Assembly: GCA_964035545.1 (NCBI GenBank)
Contig: OZ037771.1
Coordinates: 8,425,408-8,489,407, forward strand
Source: Bugula neritina
Taxonomy: Eukaryota; Animalia; Bryozoa
Length of the DNA: 64,000 nt
Reading direction: 5' to 3'
Shown in pieces: positions 12,201 to 21,668 of the stretch. Under the pieces are notes generated by a model that made no database searches, had not been told where the DNA came from, and worked only from the letters and a program-made list of their open reading frames with translations. Each line of letters opens with the position of its first letter. Within the stretch, counting starts at the first letter, position 1. The position numbers and the translations under genes were made by a program.

Positions 12201-15200
12201 ATCTCACTTACCTGGGCAGTCAGACCGGCATCATCAGGTTCAACCAATCATTTCAAGTATTCTTGTTATAAACAAAGTAGGGAGCAGCCGTGGTCTAGGG
12301 GTTAGAGCGCTTACCTAGTAAGCACGAAGGACAAAGGCCATTGGTGATGTTAGAAAGAGCATCCAGTCATAATTGCTACTGTGCATCATCTGAATAAGTC
12401 CTTAGCCCAATTTGACATTGCATAAAAATTGCTAGGTGTTACTGTAGATTACTATAGAATACACCTACTTGCTATAAAATGCACTTACTCTACTGTAGAA
12501 TACACCTACTATACTGCAGAATACACCTACTATACTGCAAAATACACCTACTATGCTGTATAGTAGGTGTATTAACATATCTTTTAATACACTTGCTATG
12601 TGTATTAAGAAGTATATTTTCTATATATTATCCAGAGGCTGTATGAAGGCTCTAATGGCGGACACTGTGGACAGCTCTGTACCTGTAAAACGTCTCAGCA
12701 ACAGTAAGTTATGTTTCTACACTTAGTAGCAACAGCCAAGAGGTGATGTGTTACAAATCACAATAATATTTTCAATACTTGTGAGTTGAAAATGCTGCAA
12801 TAAGTTGCAATATGTTACTAGATATATGCACTATATAGTATTATATTATGATGATTCAGCTATTGCACATGGCGTTCATATACTCTAGTATACTGTGGTG
12901 TACTGCTGTATGTTGTACATATAGTAGTGTCACTTGTAAATATATATACTGTAGATATACATACTGTAGATATATACAGTATAGATATATACTGTAGACA
13001 TATACACCGTAGACACACATACACTATAGATATATACTGTAGATATAGTGGTGGTAGACGACACATACGCTGCTCCCCTCTCAGCACTCTCCTGGGATAA
13101 TGAAGAGACTCGCTCCACTCTCAAAGTACCAGATTCTCAGCCTCGAGTCAGAGGTAGACCCATGTCCTTCGTGTCATCTTCTAGACCACAGAGGGGACTG
13201 CCACCCTTGCCCTCTCATTATGATGTACCTCATGAGGGTGGGGCTAAGGCTTTGTCCCCTGTCAGACCTCACAGCAGTGTGCATTCCAGCTCAGAGTACT
13301 ACAACGAGGTGAAGGGTGCAGAAGGAGGTTAGCTTATATGCCTTCTATATATACCAACAGTAGCATTGGTCTCATTGCATCTGCAGCTTTAATAACTGTA
13401 TTGTATACAGATACATTCAATTATATTCTATGTAGCTTACTATAACACTGGTGTACTCAAGCCATTTCCATCTAAACATGTCCCATTGTTGAGGGTTGGA
13501 GAGACAGCTAATAATGAATATGAAGAGTGTGAGGTGAATATATTTACTATACAATGTGTATACTCTACTCTACAATGTGTATACTCTACTCTACAATGTG
13601 TATACTCTACTCTACATACTCTACTCTACAATGTGTATACTCTACTCTACAATGTGTATACTCTACTCTACAACGTGTATACTCTACTCTACAATGCGTA
13701 TACTCTACTCTACAATGTGTATACTCTACTCTACAGTGTGTATACTCTACTCTACAATGTGTATACTCTGCTCTACAATGTGTATACTCTACTCTACAAT
13801 GTGTATACTCTACTCTACAATGTGTATACTCTACTCTACAATGTGTATACTCTACTCTACAACATGTATACTCTACTCTACAATGTGTATACTCTACTCT
13901 ACATACTCTGCTCTACAATGTGTATACTCTACTCTACAATGTGTATACTCTACTCTACAATGTGTATACTCTACTCTACAATGTGTATACTCTACTCTAC
14001 ATACTCTACTCTACAATGTGTATACTCTACTCTACAATGTGTATACTCTACTCTACAATGTGTATACTCTACTCTACATACTCTACTCTACATACTCTAC
14101 TCTACAATGTGTATACTCTACTCTACATACTCTACTCTACAATGTGTATACTCTACTCTACAATGTGTATACTCTACTCTACAATGTGTATACTCTACTC
14201 TACAATGTGTATACTCTACTCTACAATGTGTATACTCTACTCTAAAATGTGTATACTCTACTCTACAATGTGTATACTCTACTCTACATACTCTACTCTA
14301 CATACTCTACTCTACAATGTGTATACTCTACTCTACATACTCTACTCTACATACTCTACTTTACAATGTGTATACTCTACTCTACATACTCTACTCTACA
14401 TACTCTACTCTACAATGTGTATACTCTACTCTACAATGTGTATACTCTACTCTAAAATGTGTATACTCTACTCTAAAATGTGTATACTCTACTCTACAAT
14501 GTGTATACTCTACTCTACATACTCTACTCTACATACTCTACTCTACAATGTGTATACTCTACTCTACATACTCTACTCTACAATGTGTATACTCTATTCT
14601 ACAATGTGTATACTCTACTCTACAATGTGTATACTCTACTCTACATACTCTACTTTATGTTGTCTGATTTCTCTCGAGTTTCCTAGCGAGCTACTCTGTG
14701 AATCCTGTACTACTTTAGCAGGAGGAAGAACTTTACGAGTCTGCGGAACCTGTACAGCCTGAGGTTACAGCCCCTAAAGCTGCTGCTCGACCTGATGTGG
14801 AATCCAAAGCTAAGCTTGCTATGGAGGTTTCACCTTCACCTAAAGAAAGAATCATTCCACCAGCTGGCCAGGTTTGTACTAATTGGTTGTTGAGATAGAA
14901 TATAGCGGGCAATCTTGGTCTAGGGGTTTGACCGTTTGCCTAGTAAACATGAAATCATGGGTTCGAACCTCAGAAAAGCTCATTGGTGATGTTAAGAAGA
15001 GCATCCAGTCATAATTGCTCCTGTGCACATCTTAATAAGTCCTTAGCCGCTTTAAGAAGCCTCTTTTCATCAGGGTTTCACACAGGAATGGCGACTATAA
15101 ACTTGCGCAAGTGTGATAGAATATAGAAGTTGTATGTGTTAGTAACAAATAGGTGAGAGCAATGGAGGACACTCCTGTTAAGCTGTTAGAAAGAATTTGA

Positions 15201-17616
15201 GGTGGCAGCCAGTATTCCCATACAAATCACAGACATGCTGACCTGTAACTTATATTAAGAGAAGCTAAAACATTTAGCACTTGATAAACTTTATGGTTTA
15301 AGATGCGAAACCATGCATTGAGCACATTTATAACATATAACAGATATTCTACTGTGTTTGTCTATTTGCTTCATTCAATTTATTTCAGCGCAGCTCACTG
15401 CCTGATGTGGAAAGGTAAACTGTTTTCTGACTTTAGTTGACTTGTCTTCTAACTCAGAGTCTGTCAGCGTTAGATTGAGTCTCTACCTGGCTTGCTTGAG
15501 TTCCGGGAATTATTAGCCTTGATTGTAAAATGCTCCAATGCATTAGCATATCAACTCTCTACCACTAAAACACTATTCATGATAGATATCGTGAATAACA
15601 AAGTCTTGAATCATATCTACAGTTCAACAATCAATAGCTCAATAGTCAATATATAGGAAGTGTCTGCCTTTGCTATCAAATCTCATCTTCATTGATTTTT
15701 GATTTGGGTAGTGTTTCTGGAACTCAAGTGTGCTAGACTTCAGCTATACTTATCGAGATAGTGTCTGTAGTGTTAGTGACCCATCAATTTTATTTCGCTA
15801 GAAAATTAAATAGTTATAGATACCTATTCTTTTCTTTAAAAAATTCTTTATAATTTAAAAATACTACATGAGTTCTATTTTTCTACAAAACTTTAAATCC
15901 TAAACTGATATTTTTTGTAAAATTATGTTTACAATAATATCGAGCAAAGTTGGAATTCTCTGTGATCTACTCGTAGTTAATTTGCTTACACTTTTCACTT
16001 TTCATTACTTTCGGTCATTCAACTTGTGACACTGTGTCGGCAGCTTGTGACACTATGGCAACACGATTGACCTTGCATCAACTACGCCATCTCATTCACT
16101 CTCTCACAGTCTCGCATATTGTTTACTATTGTGCTGCATTACTTACACCAAATTCCCAGTGATACCATGCTTCATCTTAATAGTTTTGCAGTCCCTAGCA
16201 GCTGTTACAGTTAGATGCTCTTTACTTAACATGTTTATGTATGCTTTATGTAAATTTCATGTTTCTGCATACCAGTCTTTGTTGAAAGTCCTGTCATGTT
16301 TGCTGCTCTTTATTTTTATGACTCATGTTGTGCCACTTACTAGCACGTGGACTACTAAGTCACTTACTAGCACATGGACTACTAAGTCACTTACTAGCAC
16401 GTGGACTACTAAGTCACTTACTAGCACTGTGACTACTAAGTCACTTACTAGCACGTGGACTACTAAGTCACTTACTAGCACTGTGACTACTATGTCACTT
16501 AGTAGCACTGTGACTACTATGTCACTTAGTGTTATTAAGAGTTATTTTGCTACCTACTAAAAGTATCACAGCCATTCCACTGCAAGAAAGAATATTGTTT
16601 CATCACTATAGCTAACAGGTCTGGCTAATTTCTTTAGCTTTTCCAGTTTTAACCAAGACCCTAATATCTCATTAAATTTGCATTTTATTAACTAGCATCT
16701 TGATTTCCTGACAGCCTGTATTCAAGACTCCGTCCAAGAAAGCGTTTTACGTAAGCAGCAGTGTGTGGCAGGCAGCATGTTTGTATTCATGTGCTTGTTG
16801 CTAATCCCTCCTCCCATAATCCTTTGTTAGCCACCACTTGGATGGTTTAATAAGCCCTCCGTGTTATCATATGTCTGTCTGTATACCAGTGAACACTTGG
16901 TTTTGTGTGTAATATAGTTTAGTATCTTGTGTATGTATACTCTCTGTATATTAGCAATTAAGTAGTTGTAGCAGCGTTACAAGACTGAAAGTATGTATTT
17001 TGCTGGAAAATTGCGTCCCTTATGCTATCAATTGTTTATTTTTTAGAACTATTTTAAAATATTCAGCTTTCCCATCTCTTCCAAGACTTATTGCATAGCA
17101 ATTAGTGTTTTCGTACACATTTTCGTCAGACTCGTGAACTTGCTGTCGTATACAGAAATGGATGCTTAAAAGTTGGAAAAACCCCCGTGTTTTACATGGA
17201 CAACTTTACTCAATAATTTCTATTATGGTGATAGATTATTAAGGGATTTTCAAACCAAAATTCTAAATCATTACTAAGAACTTTGGCTAATGGGATTCTT
17301 TCAATACTGAGCCCCAATGTCTATCTACCAGGCTGGTGCCAACAGCCAGGCCTAGCGGTTTACTCTAAACCTCCTTGTCTGCTCAGCTCTACCTTATATT
17401 TGTATGCTTTAGTGCGTCAAGTCAGCACTTGAAAGGTCCAGTGCCGTTGCCACGTGGCTCCTAGCTCTTTCTATGCCGCAGTACGTCAGTATTTTCAATC
17501 GCAACAACTGGAAAACACTGAGGCAAGTCTCCAAGCTTTCGAGAGAAGAGTTGTTAGAAGGAGGAATAAAATCACAGCACCTGTTTAGACTTACAGATGC
17601 TATAGCCAAGCTCTGA
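222..17616 (+). CDS. INPPL1: SH2-containing inositol 5-phosphatase, SHIP2/INPPL1-like (5' end outside window, multi-exon)
   Basis: Inferred exons: 222-285, 497-647, 1332-1545, 2168-2323, 2794-2872, 2990-3169, 4298-4436, 4707-4904, 6502-6701, 7431-7548, 8433-8529, 8692-8836, 8954-9053, 9449-9540, 9845-9926, 10497-10639, 10891-10960, 11053-11132, 12050-12237, 12636-12703, 13043(or 13049)-13327, 13436-13533, 14719-14871, 15389-15414, 16715-16750, 17332-17357, 17413/17426-17616. SH2 C-half (VYQYRVL, LNELVEFY). 5-phosphatase motifs ISIFCGTWNMG, GNKGA, CHL, FFGDLNYRV, FPPTYR, PSWCDRVLWK, SDHKPV. C-terminal SAM (VATWLLALSMPQYVSIF...HLFRLTDAIAKL*) points to SHIP2 type. Junctions of the last small exons are uncertain. 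Confidence 0.93.
670..930. repeat. Intronic minisatellite, ~33-bp unit (tacatattacatagtatgcactatatcgtataa)
   Basis: Tandem copies visible; explains ORF 652-960. Confidence 0.9.
1529..1652 (+). repeat. Exact 62-bp tandem duplication spanning an exon end and 5' splice site
   Basis: caagctgataggtccag|gtaagtcacc...gttatagta occurs at 1529 and 1591. Confidence 0.95.
3379..4278. repeat. Intronic minisatellite, ~22-bp unit (acacacatgtatgtcacatg(a/g)t)
   Basis: About 40 tandem copies; source of the CMSHDTHT/VCHMIH ORFs. Confidence 0.95.
5060..5640 (-). mobile_element. Degenerate 3' fragment of an RTE-like non-LTR retrotransposon
   Basis: Minus-strand remnants IYQDGGCGKEIEVK, IKPVILYG, CEM and RGRPKQIWCD resemble RTE C-terminal motifs; interrupted by stops and frameshifts; short (ATG)n-like tail near 5065. 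Confidence 0.6.
7754..7964. mobile_element. Tc1/mariner(pogo)-type MITE
   Basis: 22-bp terminal inverted repeats cagtgctccctcc(g/a)tatctcac with 1 mismatch; TA flanks at 7752-7753 and 7965-7966; no coding capacity. Confidence 0.7.
7940..8282. repeat. Long near-perfect palindrome (171-bp arms, 1-nt spacer)
   Basis: 7940-8110 is the reverse complement of 8112-8282 with about 6 mismatches; explains the mirrored ORFs 7834-8106(-) and 8116-8364(+). Confidence 0.95.
9960..10230. repeat. Intronic minisatellite, ~15-17-bp unit (atatatcctatgta core)
   Basis: Tandem copies visible. Confidence 0.9.
11150..11660. repeat. Intronic minisatellite, 35-bp unit (acagtagtttctatctggtagtattatgacatcat)
   Basis: About 14 diverged tandem copies starting just after the donor at 11133. 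Confidence 0.9.
12281..12408 (+). mobile_element. tRNA-derived SINE, internally deleted copy
   Basis: A-box-like tggtctagggg and anticodon-loop-like cctAGTaa; body (cattggtgatgtta..gagcatccagtcataattgct..aataagtccttagcc) shared with 14906-15105; B box missing. Confidence 0.75.
13548..14657. repeat. Intronic minisatellite, 21-bp unit (tactctactctacaatgtgta) with 14-bp variants
   Basis: More than 50 units filling nearly the whole intron; explains the long YSTLQCV ORFs. Confidence 0.95.
14906..15105 (+). mobile_element. tRNA-Thr(AGT)-derived SINE
   Basis: A box tggtctagggg, cctAGTaa loop, B box ggttcgaacc, then a non-tRNA body shared with 12281-12408. Confidence 0.8.
16334..16530. repeat. Intronic minisatellite, 27-bp unit (cacttactagcacgtggactactaagt)
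   Basis: About 7 copies. Confidence 0.9.
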
Positions 17617-18882
17617 ATTTATATACCGACATCTATTTTTCTTTGCCTTATCTTGAACTCGTTTTGAGTTATCATAAGTTACCTTGTATAGCCATAGCTA
17701 TCTATTGGTGCACCTTCATTGAATCTGTTACCTTTGACTTTACTTAACCAACAAACATTGTTATCGAGAGAAACTTGTTCTATTTACACTGACGCACTTG
17801 GCAACTGTAGTACCTATTATGATTGACCAGCACTTTAGAAAATGATATAATATTACTTTTACTCTGCAAATGTGTACCTCTGTCTATGAAATTTTTACTA
17901 TGGTAATCAAAATATTGAATCAGCTATGGTATTATCAGCATGGTTAATTGCATAAAATTCCATGCCACAACTGTTATATTTTTTGTAATATTATTTATAT
18001 ATATTAATTAAGTGCAAGTATATTGATATTTAGTAGATGACTATGTTTTACAAAGCTTTATTATATTAGAAAAATTGAAGAAGTATCGTATTGAATCATT
18101 GTAGATAACCTGCAGTTATTGTATTTTACATTCCTTTATTAAATTATTATGCACATTATGCTCAGTTTTTGAAGATTGTACCATATTTTACTTTGATATT
18201 TGATTATAGTTTTTTTTAAATAAAAAGTTATCATTTTAATTAGTATTTCAACTGTTTATTTACTATTAGGATATTTTTTCAGAGCAAATTCCTAAATTGT
18301 GTCTTTCAGGTTGGGTGTTGGTAATTATTGCAAGCTGCATTAAGAAAGTATCAAATTGGGTAGCTATTTCTTCAAACTTTGACCACAACTTATAAAATTT
18401 TCTTTGTAGGTTTCACATCAGCTAAACATTTGTTGTCAAAGAGGTATTTATTAGTAATACCTTTTAAAAAGTAATTGCTCAATAATAGAAAGTTATTAAA
18501 TATAACATGCATAGAATCAATAGATTTTAGTTATAAGGATATTGTCCGCTACCTTGCTAGGGACACTAGTCTGGCGTCTTCCCACAAAAATGAGTTGAAA
18601 AAACATGCAGATTAACTGCAGAAAAATGATGTTAACTACATGCTTGCTAAAAATTATTGAAAAGAAATGTTTTTCATATGACACCATTGAAACATAATGA
18701 TTTTAATTTACTATCATTAGTATGTTAGCATTCTAACTGTTATGGCGATCTTTATACAACACAAGATCAATATTAAAGCATACTATTACTATATAAGAAT
18801 ACTATATGTGTGTGTGCGTGCGTGCATGCGTGTGTGTGTGTGTGTGTTGTAAAAGTGGTTAATAGACATCAACCACTAATCG

Positions 18883-18890
18883 TATCGATA
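18883..18890. promoter_or_regulatory. DRE-like palindrome TATCGATA
   Basis: Exact match to the DREF-binding element, about 150 bp upstream of the smORF at 19041 and next to a (TG)n tract. Confidence 0.4.
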
Positions 18891-19040
18891 GAGAAAAGTA
18901 ACTGTTTGAGACGAGCAAAAGTAAAGCAGTGGCAGATCTATGAAACATAAAAAATTGTTTTTTCATTTTCTGTTCGAATCGTGCAGTTCCACTTCTTTGC
19001 AAGATTTAGTTTATTTAATTACATGCAGAAACTTAGCACC

Positions 19041-19121
19041 ATGAAGAAAGTCGGTATTGTAGTCACAGCTGGGTTAACTGTCACTGCCTTAGGGTATGCA
19101 GTTTATAAGAAACTATTTTAA
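19041..19121 (+). CDS. Candidate 26-aa single-TM micropeptide or tail-anchor exon MKKVGIVVTAGLTVTALGYAVYKKLF
   Basis: Strong start context (gcaccATGa); in-frame upstream ATG at 19023; acceptor-like acatgcag ending 19028; paralog ending 19351 differs at many synonymous sites. Confidence 0.6.
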   Translation: MKKVGIVVTAGLTVTALGYAVYKKLF

Positions 19122-19216
19122 GCAACATTTTCACTCTTCTCAGCCAATAAGATCTTGGCCACTTGTAGACAGACTACTTCTGCTGGCATTCTCCACCGCA
19201 GGATATATTATTATAC

Positions 19217-19351
19217 ATGTTCTTTGTTATCTTATTTTTCAGTTTTTGTAATTACATAAATCTTTGTGTTTCTAAGAGCTTCAGCATAATAGCTATATCA
19301 GGACTGACCGCCACTGCCTTGGGGTATGCTGCTTATGAAAAGATCTTCTAA
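19217..19351 (+). CDS. Second paralogous hydrophobic smORF or exon ...SKSFSIIAISGLTATALGYAAYEKIF
   Basis: Open from ATG 19217 (weak context) to TAA 19349-19351; last 22 codons align without gaps to copy 1; possible phase-0 acceptor ttgtgtttctaag ending 19276. Confidence 0.5.
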   Translation: MFFVILFFSFCNYINLCVSKSFSIIAISGLTATALGYAAYEKIF

Positions 19352-20330
19352 CATGCAGGAGAACTCATCTGTTTGACTCAATCAGGTTTTAAAATGCAGC
19401 AGCTTGCGAAGTGTCTACAGCAGCTTCACTTCTGAATTATGGCTGCCTACAAAATATTTAGCTGTTAAAAATATCATTAAATAAATGTTTCTTTTTTAAA
19501 AAGCAAAGAAAACAAATATAACAAAAATCAATTTAAAAATTTCAAACTCGGTTTTAAGATTATGGTGTAATTACTTTTTGTGTATCCACTGTTTATATCA
19601 TATTTCAGTAAAATTGATATTTAATCTATAACTTACACAAAATATACAGTATGTAAATAAGCTCTAATAGTTGGAGAAAATATTGCAGTATTTATTTCCC
19701 AAGCACGAATACTTTGCAGTTTTAATAATATTGTATAGCATTATTGTCATGCCAGGTAAATATAACTAACTATTGGTTGTACTATTGTCTAGATAATATA
19801 ACATAAAAAGCATCTAACCTTGATTAGTTCTGCTTTGTGGTTGATTTCAGAAGCTGCAAAAACTTTACGAGATGTGAAATTGACAAATATTTATATCAAT
19901 TTCAGTTTCGAAAAGAGCGAAAACTTCCAGTACATGGCAAACATAATGGAAATGTTTATACTTACAAGCAACAACACTGTTTAAGCAGAAAGTTAACAAA
20001 TATTGAGTCAAATGATTCAAGAAATTATTAATGCCCATGCAAATGTTTCAGTTTATAACCTAACAATGGCTTCAATTATCCGATTGTGATGTCATTATTT
20101 TGTGTGAAGATTTTTTTAATTAATTTAATGTTGGTAAATTTGAGAAACAAATAACATAAATACCTATTATTATAAAGAATAGGTGACTGATTTATGTTCT
20201 GATTTTAGTTTATATAAATAGCTCATGCAACAACAAAAATTTAAAAATGTTAAATGGCTGTAAGGGCATCTACTTACCTGACCCCATAGCATATTGCTAG
20301 ATCTACCATGTAGAGACAGCAATAATTATA

Positions 20331-20682
<352 letters not shown>

Positions 20683-21668
20683 GTATATATATAATCATAT
20701 AGCAAGAGTCTAATTATAACAATATTATACTGATATTATTACCATATAGCAAGAGTATAGATATACTGATATTATTACCATATAGCAAGAGTGTAGATAT
20801 ACTGGCATTATTATTATATATAGTCTGGATATATAGGAATTAACACAATATTGTCTCTCTCTCTCCATTGGTCAGCATAAGCATTCTAATAATATATCCA
20901 TGTGTTGTATACTGTGTTGTGCATTGTGTGCCCTGCTGCATAGCATGTTGTATAGTACTGTCTGTGATGTATGTATACTGTAGAGCGCGTAGTGTATACT
21001 GTTGTGTATATTGTATTGTTCATGTATATTGCATTTTACTGCTACAGATGAGGTGTATATTTCCATACAGTTTAATAGCTGAGAGATACTGCGCCGTTTC
21101 CCCAGGTCTGGTTACTCTCCCACGAGGAGGTAGGAAGAAGTGAATTTATTCTCATCTAACTGCTGCCAGCTTGTGAGAAAGTGAGTTGCACTAAATATGT
21201 TCAGCTCATTCAGTAGGTTGAGTGTTAATATTCAGATTATTTGTAGAGATGAAGCATCATCACTTGTAAACTTCATATATTTGTAAAGTTGATAATAACG
21301 CTTATTTTATACATTTCCTAACAGAATATATGATTTTCCTGTAAAAAATCACTGTTATGAATAGGAAGACTGAAAGAAATAACAGCAAAAGTTGGAGCTT
21401 TTCTTAAAGACATTATATATTTCTAAACTCATATCCCAAATAAATAGTGTAAAAATGGCCAATTATATACATTTGCTAGTTACATTGTCATTCTACTAGG
21501 TAGAAAACTAAAGATCTTATTATATAAAATGTGCATACAAATACATTTGTATATCAAATAATAGCTCATTATAAAATGATCTTCAATTTATTATAACTGC
21601 ATATTCTGGGATGAAAATTTAATTCCTGTTTCCACTGTATTCCTGGCACAGATCCTATAACCAGCCAG

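Noticed and set aside
13486-14762. Long ORFs of 229-402 aa (also 3344-4314, 43806-44936, 46745-47161, 52673-52974)
   Set aside because: Translations of intronic minisatellites; open in several frames or strands and bounded by splice sites of the host genes
14906-14980. tRNA-Thr gene
   Set aside because: Stems are degenerate and the head runs into a body shared with another copy, so it is a SINE head
19394-19468. Possible third smORF copy (MQQLAKCLQQLHF*IMAAYKIFSC*) or in-frame TGA recoding
   Set aside because: Similarity is limited to AAYKIF; no hydrophobic core and no SECIS-like element recognised
20270-20310. tacttacctg resembling the U1 snRNA 5' end, or a minus-strand donor after MVDLAICYGV
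   Set aside because: No further U1 sequence or Sm site, and no convincing partner exon
21048-21180. Exon-like segment with + strand acceptor and donor (MRCIFPYS...RKK*)
   Set aside because: All three frames contain stops and nothing is recognisable; could be non-coding but is unsupported
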